Source: Nephila pilipes (Eukaryota). Taken from it: DNA of 64,000 nucleotides. Below, piece after piece: positions 1 through 11,316 of the stretch. The notes under the pieces are model-generated. The model worked only from the letters and a program-made list of their open reading frames with translations, was not told the origin of the DNA and searched no databases. The stretch's first letter is position 1. Each line of letters starts with the position of its first letter. The DNA is taken from NCBI GenBank assembly GCA_019974015.1, contig BMAW01101096.1, forward strand, positions 295,229 through 359,228, read 5' to 3'. The translations under genes and the position numbers were made by a program.

Positions 1-390
1 TCATTACCTAGGACAATACATTAAGAGTTTGTACTTAAACAGTGTCCTGATTATTTTCATAAAGTATATCTCTAACGATGTGGTGGCCCTAAAATGCATA
101 GATCCTGTAGGCTGGTGACCAATATTATATCGCATTATTAATTAATTATTGTTATCGTTAATAAATTTGAAATTACAATTAGAATATTAGAAATTAAAAA
201 AAAGATTTGAAAACGGTTATTTTATTTTTATTTAATTTCAAAGGTTATTTTTCATTCTATGAAAAAAATTCTACATAAAATCTTATCAAATGCATGGTAT
301 ATTTAAATGAAGTTTTTCTCTTTTGTTACAAAATTTTAAATACAATTCTTATTTCTTTTTAAATGCTACATATTTCAATTTAGTTGGTAT

Positions 391-3024
391 TTGTTTGTAT
401 TTACTATATATGCATACTTCTGTTTACAGATGAAGTTTTTCGACAAAATTTGTCTACTGCTTTTTCTCACAAATGTGGATTCTCGACTTAAAGAGCAACA
501 CAGACCATGCTCATTCAACCCATTATGCACATGTTCAAATGGAGGACCAGACCTAGGATCTGTATGTTGTCACAACATACCTTTTATGACAGTTCCCTCC
601 CAAATCAACAATTCTGCAATTTACATAATGAGTCTTAAAGAAAACAAATTACGCTTTCTTGAAGATAATAGTTTAAATGGAACTGGGCTATGGAAACTTC
701 AAATTAACAACAATCTTTTAACAGATTTACCCTCTAATGCTTTAGCTGGACTGGAGAAAACATTATCAATTCTAGATTTAAGTAAAAATAATTTAGTAAG
801 GATACCTAGAGAAGCAATACAGAATTTAGAAAAACTCAGTAATTTAAATTTAGCTGGCAACAAAATTACCTACTTAAACAGTGACGATTTTCGTAATCTA
901 GGTAAGACATTAAAACTTTTAGATTTGTCAGAAAATGCTCTAATGCAAGTTCAAAATGATGTATTTCGAAATATGATATCATTAGAAGTTTTAAACCTTG
1001 CGTATAATTCCATAATTTCCATAGATGACATTACATTTCACGGAGGGTTAAATAACTTAAAACATATAATTTTAACAGGAAATCAGCTGCAGCAGATTCC
1101 ATTAAATGCACTAGCTAATTTTAGAAACATTAAAATCGTGAACTTGAATGAAAATTTGATATCCAGTATATCTGAGGGAAGAGAAATAAGAAATCGCATC
1201 TATCTCGATGAATTACATCTCGAACATAATCTTATTAAAGAGCTAACAGCAGAAAGTTTTAGACTTTTCAGTCAAGTAGATCGCATTTTTCTAAAAGGAA
1301 ATCCACTCTCTATAGTTAACGACACTTTTCTGACTACTAATACAACCGAAATTTACATGCCTTACTGTTCAATATCAGTTATAACACATACTGCATTCCT
1401 CAGTTCAACACATTCACTACAAGTTCTTGATTTAAGTCACAATGAGTTAAAAGAATTTCCAGTCTTACCACTGACCAGATTGACAAAACTCTCGTTAGCT
1501 GGAAATTTGATTAAAGAAGTTGTTCCTGAAGATATAAAATACTGTGGAAATTCTTTAAAGTACTTAGATATCACAGGAACAAAAATGAGTGGTTTGTCTG
1601 AAGAGAGTATGAATTATTTACCAAACGTAAGAGAACTTTCTTTCAACAAACAATACCCTGTCGTTGGTGCGGAATCTTTACAAAATATTAGTCCCTCAAT
1701 GGAGAAACTTAACATGGTCCAATGCTCCATAAAAGTCATTGAAAATGGAGCATTTAATAGATTAAGTGGCTTAAAATCATTGGACTTATCTTACAATACA
1801 ATATCGAAAATTGGAAATACTACTTTTAAAGATATAAAGCACTCATTAGAAAAACTTATTTTGCACAGTGCTCTAAGAATATCGATATTCCCTTATAAAG
1901 CATTGAATTCACTTTCAAAGTTAGAATATTTAGATGTAAGCAGTAATGACATCCAATATCTACCATATAACTCTTTTGTTTCATTTCAGAATTTAAGGCA
2001 TTTAAATTTAAATCACAACGAATTAAAAGATTTAGATTCAAATTTTGTAAACGATATACATAACCCAAACCTTGCAGAAATAAAAGTGGCATTTAACAAA
2101 ATAACCTCTTTGAAGTCATATACTTTTCGAAATTTGAGAAGTTTGATTTATTTGCAACTAAACGATAATCTCATTGAATTCATCAGAAAATCTGCATTTC
2201 TCGATTTGGATTCGATAATGATAATTCGGTTAGAGGGCAATTCAATACAAACTATAGACAGTGAAGCCTTTCAAAATTTACCAAATATCCAAGTAATTAA
2301 TCTTGCGTACAATAAGTTATCCTCTTTTAATCTAGAAGCCTTTAATCAAGTCGGACGACTATCAACTTTAAGAATTGATGTCAATCACAACAATATCCAG
2401 AATTTAACAGGAGACTATACGGTAACACATACGTCAAGTAATATTAAGCACCTTAATTTCAGTCATAATAACATATCGTATTTGGATAGCAATTATTTAG
2501 ACCCAATAAGATTATCAGTTACTATCTTAGACTTGAGTTACAACAGACTTGTGAATTTAACAACTCTTGCTTTTACAAATATGGCTCATCTGCAAACACT
2601 GATCCTCTCAAATAATATAATTAGTAAAATAGATGAAGATGAATTTAAAGGTTTAAGATCCATACAAGTGTTAGATTTATCAATGAATAATCTAAATACT
2701 CTCCCAGAAAATTTATTTGAAAAACAAAAACAACTGAGGATATTTTTATTACATCATAATGAAATCGACGAATTACCAGAAGACATTTTTAAGGCAACTA
2801 TTCTGGAACAGATAGATTTGTCCTTTAACAACATTGAAGAATTCCCTTATTATTCTATATCTCAAATCAAAAACACTTTGCAATTTTTGAACTTAGCTGG
2901 AAATCAAATAGAAGCTCTTAATTTCAGTAGTATAATGTCTCTGCAAAATCTAAGGTACTTGAGTCTTTCACGAAATCGACTGTTTATACCCAGTTCTGAA
3001 GAAGATTTACAACTGCCAAAATTA
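391..3024 (+). CDS. chp: Chaoptin-like GPI-anchored LRR cell-adhesion protein, exon 1. A probable signal peptide MKFFDKICLLLFLTNVDS starts at the second ATG (430), followed by an LRRNT Cys cluster and about 30 leucine-rich repeats.
   Basis: Continuous 908-codon ORF with repeated LxxLxLxxNxL motifs. The N-terminus RPCSFNPLCTCSNGGPDLGSVCCHNIPF matches the chaoptin LRRNT pattern. A phase-0 GTAAGT donor follows codon L at 3022-3024. The ORF tail beyond 3024 is low-complexity intron readthrough. Confidence 0.85.
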
Positions 3025-3942
3025 GTAAGTATTACATTATTAATTATATTCAGAAAAAATAAATGTTTGTGTTTTCAATATTTAAACGCTTTATTAAATA
3101 TAATTGTAAGTATTTAAATGATTTTAAAAAATATTTACAACCAAACTGGTAAAAAGTAAATAATAATAATTTTATCAACCTCAAAATTTCTTCTATTCAT
3201 GTTTAAGCAAAATGAAATTTCTTTATTATATAAGTCGAATTGAGAAATACTTAATTAACAAATTAACAAAATAAAACATATATAAATAAAAAAAAAAAAT
3301 TATGGCTGAATTCTATAACATTGCTATTTTTCATCAAAGTAAAAATAAAATGTAATAAACAACTATGAGCTTTTGAAAATGGGAAAAAATATATATATTT
3401 GAAAAATTTAAGGGGAAAAAATGAAAAAATATTGAAATTTGTGTGACGGCATTTCAAAATATTTTAATCATAAGCTGGAGATAAAAAGTTATTAGAACAC
3501 AACATTTAAATAAAAAACTCAAAATTCATATTTTTTTGTAATGTTTTAAAGATATTTTAAATGATACTAAAAATATTAACTTATACAAATAGATTTTATT
3601 TGACACATTATTAGACCATTTTCGTAACAGTGAAATTTAAAGGTCACCAATGAGCTTATATATGTATATCCAATTCATTATATTCAATACTTTGTCTACA
3701 TATGGAAAAAGATGATGATATTAATGGGATAAATTCTACGATGATGAAAAAAATAACATTTATCTAATGCATTTTAAAAGAAATTGTTTATCATACTTTA
3801 ATACAAATAAGACTTCTAAGAAAAATTAACTATAATACATATATTTATATTGTTTTCAGTATTTTATACAAATCACAGTTTTATAGGAATATTAAAAAAT
3901 TCATAATTTTTAAATGAATTATCGTTTTTGTCTTTTTTCTAG

Positions 3943-4734
3943 ATAACACTGGATCTATCTCATAATACGATAAAAGAGCTTCCGGCATGGATAGCTAACC
4001 ATTTACCCCCCAGTCTCGAACAACTCAATTTGGCAAATACAAGTTTAGAAACTGTTCCAGCTCTAGGTTCCTGCAATATTTTAATTTTGAATCTAAGTTC
4101 CAATAGCATACAAACAGTGGAACAAGAAGAATTTGAACAACTTAAGAAACTACAAACTATAGATTTATCTAATAACTTGCTGCTAACTACTTATAATAAT
4201 GTATGGTCAAACCTTCAACATCTGAAAACACTTTATTTGCAAAAGAATCCAATACAAAAATTATTAAATAATAGTTTTATGAACATGGAAAGGCTACAAG
4301 AATTATTTATGAAAAAATTAAAATTGCAAGAAATTGACCAAGATGTTTTTCATGAATTAACAGCACTAAAAAAGGTAGAAATGGATACTTTTCCCAATAA
4401 GAATATGGATTTATCTCAAATACTTCGAAATAATCAAGGAATTCAAGAGATTCGTCTGCATGTGCAGGACAATGGATTAGATGGAATATTCAATGGGGAA
4501 CTTCCTAAATCATTAAAATTCATTGTATTGGAAGGAGAAAATTTAAAACATTTAGATGAATCAATATTTTCCTACATCCAAAGTCAAACTCTCAAGCTGA
4601 ATATTCAGAATTCAAATATAACCAAACTCTCACAGAAAGTTTTTCAAAACATGAAAGAAGTAAGGAATTTCACAGTGGAATTTATAAACAACAAATTACA
4701 GACACTTGAAAAATTATATGCAGTCGGAAAAGAG
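3943..4734 (+). CDS. chp: Chaoptin-like LRR protein, exon 2 (LRRs continue: ITLDLSHNTIKELP...).
   Basis: A polypyrimidine tract and AG at 3941-3942 precede the exon. It is in frame with the 4030-4794 ORF. Phase 0 joins ...LQLPKL|ITLDLSHN into a perfect LRR. A GTAATA donor follows at 4735. Confidence 0.8.
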
Positions 4735-5930
4735 GTAATATTAAGTAACAATTTTCATAAAATGAGTAGTTTTTTATACATCCATGAAAAATAACTATAA
4801 AAATAGTTCATTTAACTGTATAAAAAAAAATTGAAAGAACGTCTGATTAATGTAATGTTTGATGAAGATAAATTTTGGCCTATGATTTCAATTACATTTA
4901 TGGAGGGTAAAACTTAATTATGCAGCATTTTATTTAATGGCATTTTAAAAAGACTACAGCAGCGATATTTATTTACATTCAATAACAAGTTAAGTTTCAT
5001 TTAATCAGTAAAAAAACAAGTTAATATAAATTCCTTAAATATCAATTTTAAAATTAATGTTAAAATTAAACACCACTGTGTTAAATGTTTAGACGTTTTA
5101 AAGCCTAGTGAATATAAAAGAAATATATATTAACAGAATTGCTTTCAAAATTAAACCTTTTCTTTCAGTTTTAATTATTTCATAATGGCATCGGCATAAG
5201 CTTATCATTCAATGCTAATGTGATATAAATCAAACAGAACAATCAAAAAGGAAAATGTTACTTCTAAAACATTAATTAAATATCAAAATATGATTTTTTT
5301 TTATTTTACTTTATCAACAACATACATTTCAGACATTAAATTTTTTCCTACTAACTAATCATTTGACGTTCTTTATTCACTAAGCCACCTCTTTAATTAT
5401 ATGTAAACTATCTATTTCTTTCCCATTTAATATATATTTCTAAATGTAATATAACTACATAATGAGAGATTTAAGCACTTTAGTTTTGCAAATGCAAATC
5501 CAAAATACAGCGTATTTGATTTTAAATATTTAATATTTGAAGTTTTTTTCTAGAGTTATCGAAAAAAATTATTTTAATATTTCTTTCTTTTTCATTTTCT
5601 CCCTAATTAAGATGCAAATCTCTTCTAAATTGATATTTAAAGATATTCTCTCATGAATGTTTAACTTTTAATTAAAGTGCTAATCGAGTGAAAATTTTGT
5701 GATTAGCATCCGTATCACACAATACTAAGATGGGTTGTATTCGCGACAGGTGATAATGTCAATGTTATAATAGTTATAAGATAAAATTAAAATGTTGTAA
5801 GCAAAATACAGAATACGGTTTAATCACTCGAAAAATTAAGCACACATATGTAATTAAATTACGTGACAACACATCGTAGATTTTTAAGCAATATAACCTT
5901 TTCTTGAAATATATTTTTTTCCTATTACAG

Positions 5931-6254
5931 GTATCCGGAAAATACCTGAAACATTTAAAATTGTCAGGAAATCAATTGGATTGTGATTGTGAACTTTTCT
6001 GGATATGGGAATGGTTGAAAGAATATGAATACGTGAACAAATGTGAGGAAAGGATATGTGAAGAGACTTATTTACATGATTTACGAGAAACCAAATGCGT
6101 CAATATGAATAACAGATCAATCATAAATGTATTTAAAACAGATTTACAATGTGTTTCAAATGGAACTCCAGCAGAAAACCCAAAAAGTATATTACTTCAC
6201 TTCTTCATAAGCATCGTTTTCATGCTATTTTACATAAAAGTGGTTATAATCTAA
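5931..6254 (+). CDS. chp: Chaoptin-like protein, terminal exon: LRRCT (LDCDCELFWIWEWL...CEE..C) followed by a hydrophobic C-terminal tail typical of a GPI-anchor signal; stop at 6252-6254.
   Basis: Acceptor cctattacag|GTA at 5929-5930 is in frame with the 5904-6254 ORF. DLRETKCVNMNNRSIINVFKTDLQC resembles the chaoptin C-terminus. The tail ends ...SNGTPAENPKSILLHFFISIVFMLFYIKVVII*. Confidence 0.8.
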   Translation, partial: VSGKYLKHLKLSGNQLDCDCELFWIWEWLKEYEYVNKCEERICEETYLHDLRETKCVNMNNRSIINVFKTDLQCVSNGTPAENPKSILLHFFISIVFMLFYIKVVII

Positions 6255-7254
6255 AAATAATACTAAAATCAAAAATGTTTCTTATGAATTAGATCATTAA
6301 TACTTAGATAATGAATACATGTAAAAGTTTCATTATTTTACATATTTCCAAACTACGCTTAAATTACACAAAAATATATTTAAATATGTTGAAAATATAT
6401 CTAAAATATTAACATATTAACATACACATTAAATATTAATAACTTTAAATATTTGTCTGTGTTACGATTTTACATGTTTTCCGTACAATACTGAGAAGAC
6501 GTGTATTTAGCTTTCTTGAGTTATGACACTTAATATGTAAATCTAGTTAAGTATGTATAAAAATAAAATCTTTCGATTATAGAAGTGAATTCTTATGTCT
6601 CACATACTTCAATTTTTCATCCATCATTTACTAATACAAATACTAATTTAAGAACATTATAATTAAAAATGAACAGACTTTCTTACAATTTAACTAAATT
6701 AACTGTTTTAAAAAAAAAATGTCTTTTCGTTACATTTGCAATCTATATCATTTACTAATGTTTTTTTTTTTTTTTTTTTTTAAAAAATTTGACAGTGAAT
6801 TTCTTTAACAGTAAATAAGGATTCAATGAAACCTACTTCTAATAAATAATCAATCAATCAATGACACACACTCAAAAAAAATGTTTTCAGGATCAATTAA
6901 AAAGGCTGAAATGAGTACATAAAAACAGTTTGTATGCACTATGTAATAAATAATTTCAGAAAATTTATGATTGCCAAAATCAATGAAAATTAAACTCTAG
7001 ATATTATATTTAAGTCACAAAATAACAAACGAAATTCAACAAGGAAATTTAAAATTTAACTGTGTAACAAACATTAATGTTGATTTTTTTAAGTCAAATC
7101 TTCATGAAAGTACAAAAATTTAATAAACAAATAATGAACATATTCTTGAAAAATGAATTTTATTTGATGGCATAGACAATAAGAAATATTCATACTTCAC
7201 ATAATAGTACAATGGTCCCACAAACCATTCGTAGTTTTAATGACCGGATATTAT

Positions 7255-7935
7255 AAATACACTGATTGTGCAAAAATTAAGGACGAGATAGTTTTTTCAT
7301 TATAACGTTGCCCAAAAGCTTTCCAAATCAACTCACATAATACCATAAGATCCCCAAGACGTAAGAAAAAGTGTAATGTAGGCAAAACTTACTAAAAAAG
7401 AAATCAAAAGGATAAAAAGGAACTTTATTAAAAAAGTAGCATGGAGCACAAAGCGACTGAAGGCCAAAACATCTATGTGACAGGTGTCCAGCCAGAAACA
7501 TCCAGCCTTTAGTAGAGAATATGATTTTCCCTGACTTCTATGCAGGTTTCATATCGTCTGGCTATGCTGAGTATTATGAGGTTGTCAATGAGTTGCTAAG
7601 GCATTGCAGCCCATTCGTCTTGTACCGCCAATCGGAGCTCTGGAATTTTTACAGGCGGTACGTTACGTGCTGCCAAGCATCTCCCTAGGAAATCTCATAC
7701 ATGCTCGATGGAATTTAGATACAGGAGACCTTGCCACCAATCCATGCGTTCAATATCCTCAATGTCCAACAGCTCTTCGAAGGCTACTGTGCGATGAGCT
7801 GGCACATTGTCGTCCATGTGAAGGAACTTCGGAACTTAAAGCGTCTCTAAAAAGACACGCATAGGGAAGGAGAATCTCGTTATGCCCTTAATTTTTGCAC
7901 ACCATTGAATGAGAAATTAAAACATAATAAATAAC
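7255..7935 (-). mobile_element. Internally deleted Tc1-like DNA transposon. Imperfect TIRs of about 30 bp (7263-7292 and 7876-7908, core gtgcaaaaattaagg) flank a frameshifted transposase C-terminal remnant (7441-7835).
   Basis: The minus-strand translation gives ...HMDDNVPAHRTVAFEELLDIEDIERMDWWQGLLYLNSIEHVWDFLGRCLAARNVPP...LAVQDEWAAMP.QLIDNLI.SIARR, the Tc1 DDE C-terminal pattern (DNAP.H..., NPIEHVWD). Inverted copies of gtgcaaaaattaagg lie at both ends. Confidence 0.65.
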
Positions 7936-10039
7936 CTTCAGAGCCATTATCAATACTTATGATAATCAAGACTTTACTTTTGTGCCCTTTATGAAAATTG
8001 TAAATTTGAAATTGAATTTATTCAAAAATCTGGTTGATGCCTTCACATCTGCTGTAATATTTCAACTTACCTTTAGACATTAAATATTTCATCAGACATA
8101 TAAAAATTCGAAAGTGGTGAGTTAAATTTAAAATAATTGGATTAATAATAGAACAGAATTACAATAAGATGCGATTTAAAACAAATCTTGAAAATTAAGA
8201 ATCCTATTTACTGCGGAATAATGTTTTTTAATTGTTTGATTTTCAAAAACTTCTGAGATTTAAACATAAATAAATATGATTAAGTCAAACAATTTTAATT
8301 GCCAAATGGGCTTTAACTAAAGGAGGAAATTATGTTTTGTAATATTAATACTTTTTAAACAACTGTATTTTAATAACCGTAAGTTTAAATGTTTTTATAC
8401 ACTTAAATCAGTAAGAATTTCAGAAGCTCTTTCTACAAGCAGATTTCAGATGAGCTATGTTAAAAAAGAAGGGGAAAAAACAGAATGTGCATATGACATT
8501 TATTCAAAAAATTCATTTTGTCTCCTAAAATAGGAACATTTACTCACCTGCAATAATGAATTTAGAGTCACAACGAAATAAATTGATTTTTTTTCCCAAA
8601 AATATAAGGAAATATCACGGATTATATGTATTTAAAGTAACTTGCTCTACGTAAGAATTGCAATTCTTTTCTCAGAATCAAGAGGAAAAATTTGACAAAA
8701 AAATTAAAAATTGCATATTTTTTATAATCAGCGCCGTAGTACAGTAATATGACTTATTAGTATAAAGCATAGACTTAGGTTAGTATTTTCTGTATTATTT
8801 TATGCTATTTAAAGCTTTAACAATTTCAGAAGGAAAAAAAAGAGAGAACGCTTTTATAGGATTATTTTACCTTTTTAAAACTTTTTTCAAGAGTTCTTAA
8901 CGTTCGACTTAACACAAATTATTTTTAAAAAAGTTTAATGCTTTAAAAATATACTTGATCTTATAAGAGTCAAGGGAAAAAGCGAATAACAAATTTTATT
9001 TAAAAAGTTATTATCGCTTTAATTAAAAATATTATTCGAAATACTAAATGCATTAAAAATATGGCTTCAAAATGAAAGTTTTAAAACATAGAAAACATCA
9101 AAATCTCAAGTGGGGACGAAGTGAGAAGAAGGAGGCAAGTTGGCATGAGAGAAAATGCATGTTAGCTAAATTGGTTTTAGTGAAGTGACATAATTAGTAC
9201 AAATGCTTAAATCATCTACAATTTTCTTTCAATACATTGAAAAAAATAAAGACATAATGAATTATTACTAATATTTAAATTTTTGTAAAATTTAATTTGT
9301 CAATTTTTCATAATCATAATCAATTTTTGTAAAAGTGTAATTTCAGTTTTACACAATTAAAAACAACTGCATTTATAGGTTTTAAAATATAATGCACACA
9401 ACGTGAGTGCGAGACCTCAAAAAATATCGATCTCGGTTAATCAAATGCATAAATATTTCTATTTAACAGAAATATGTTGCATTTTTCCAAAAAAATGCAT
9501 ATTTTTATTCTTGAAAGCAACATTTAAAGTACTTTCCTTTACAGTATTATCAGATTAAAAAGATGTAAAGAGAAGAAAAGAAAACATTTATGATTAAAAG
9601 TATTTTTTCCATCTAAACAGAGAAGGGAAATACTATTATTCTAAGTTATAAGTTTGTTTGTTATTAAATTCAAACTTCAATACTTGAATAGCCAAATGCA
9701 AATAAATGTACATAATTCAATTTTTTTTAAATATGTGTATATAAAACATAATACTTATAAATAAGTACAAGTTTAATGAGATTTATGAAATTTTTTAACA
9801 GATTTATTAATCCATTAATAAAATAAATCTTCTCCACTATAAAAGGATATAATGCGAATTTAAAGTATTGCAGAATATTTTTATATTTATACTAATCAGT
9901 GCTTTCGTTATTTTAATGCACGTAAAAAATACAGTTTGCAATATTGAAGCATCTATTTTAAGGAATACGTCATTCATAAGTTTATCATTAATCGAACCAA
10001 TAAATCACTTAAAAATGTAAGATCGAAAGTTGTATGCAA

Positions 10040-10325
10040 AGTTTTGCAAAGAACAGATCTAGCCATAAAAGGTGCTCTTTTTTTTATAATTATAATTAAA
10101 TTACTCAATTAAATATAAGAACTGAAGTAAACGATGAAATACCGAGAAATGGACAATAGTAAACTGTTCCGATATTAAAATTAAAGCAAACGATAAATTA
10201 TTAAATTGAATATATTTAAGCTAAATGTAATTAAAATTGAAGCAAACGATAAAAAATTGAAAAGTGATCTGGTACGTCAAAAGTGATTCAACTAAAACAA
10301 TAGCCCCTTGGGTAGCTAATAATAT
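10040..10325. repeat. Interspersed composite repeat with about 50-bp internal subrepeats (aaacgataaattattaaattgaatatatttaagctaaatgtaattaaaattgaagc) ending in aactaaaacaatagcccCTTGGGTAGCTAA. It belongs to the same family as 30200-30670 and 31030-31085.
   Basis: Direct sequence similarity between the copies, and a shared terminal motif seen three times in the window. Confidence 0.6.
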
Positions 10326-11166
10326 TACCTCAGTAGCAAATAAACATTTTATTTATGTGACATATAATAACTATTTAAATACCATTGACACACACAAGAT
10401 ACAAAAATTCTATAGCAAAAGTCTCGTGTGTGAAAAATGATAACATTTTCTGAAATTGCATAAACTACTTCTAATCAGTGAAATAATTATATAAAATGCT
10501 TGTCCCAATAGAAAAATGATGCTAGATAGGAGGAGGAAAGATAACTCTGAAAGAGATAAACATAATATGAAACGCAGAGATGAGCAGGTTGAAAGACAAA
10601 AAGAACAAATGAACGGTATAACATGTTGTTTGATAAGCGGAACAATAAAGAAAATGAAAAAAAGAGAAGGTTTATACATGACACCCGAGAGCAGGATGTT
10701 CCTCCTCTTTCCAAACCAGCAGGTTTTCTTTTACAGCCACTCCCCTCCCTAATCAGGTTTCACCACTTCTATGCAGTCGTCATTGGTAATCGAATCTACT
10801 AAATACGATTCGATACAAAATAAGAACAAATATTAATAAATTTTGAGAATAGAAATGCATAGTACAATTAAAAGAACCTTACAAATATTTCTCAAAAAAA
10901 AAATAGATGTGTAACATTTTTCAAATGCTTTTCAACTGCTTTAATATTAGATTAACATTCGCAGAGTTTGGACATCACTGTTTTCAGTAAAGTAATTTGA
11001 ACACTTTAAAACCAAGCGTTTGAGAAAGATTTGAAAACGAACTCGTCTACGAACGAAGTTTCTCTGTTTTCCCTACAGAGGAAGAAGAAAGCAAAATCAT
11101 CATGTAAATTTAGTTCCCCCAGAAAAAAAAATACCATAAAGGAGCTAATGTAGAATTAAAAATTTT

Positions 11167-11316
11167 TTAATTCTTTTTGGGAGCGAAGAATAGATCATAA
11201 ATGAGTGCATTGGGTTTACTGACCTTTTCTCTTAAGATAACATTTTGTTTCAAGTAGTACTCCAAAGTTCTTTTTAAAGCATCCACAGAACTTGTTAAAC
11301 CATCTTTAGTGACGGA
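11167..11316 (-). CDS. Candidate terminal coding exon of an unidentified minus-strand gene (...FSVTKDGLTSSVDALKRTLEYYLKQNVILREKVSKPNALIYDLFFAPKKN*).
   Basis: The acceptor tttcttccag lies immediately upstream on the minus strand. The reading frame is clean with non-low-complexity composition, in contrast to the rest of ORF 11167-11532. Confidence 0.3.
   Translation of the reverse strand, partial: SVTKDGLTSSVDALKRTLEYYLKQNVILREKVSKPNALIYDLFFAPKKN

Noticed and set aside
1856-2092. Minus-strand 78-aa ORF inside chaoptin exon 1.
   Set aside because: It is antisense to a strongly supported LRR coding exon and has no splice or domain support, so it is a chance ORF.
7604-7864. Plus-strand 86-aa ORF (MQPIRLVPPIGALEF...).
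   Set aside because: It is antisense to the Tc1-like transposase remnant, whose minus-strand frame carries the DDE/NPIEHVWD signature.
10410-10752. Overlapping ORFs on both strands (Lys/Arg/Glu-rich on plus, Leu/Ser/Phe-rich on minus).
   Set aside because: Mirror-image low-complexity composition with no splice sites or recognisable domain, so likely non-coding. A small real exon was not excluded but is not supported.
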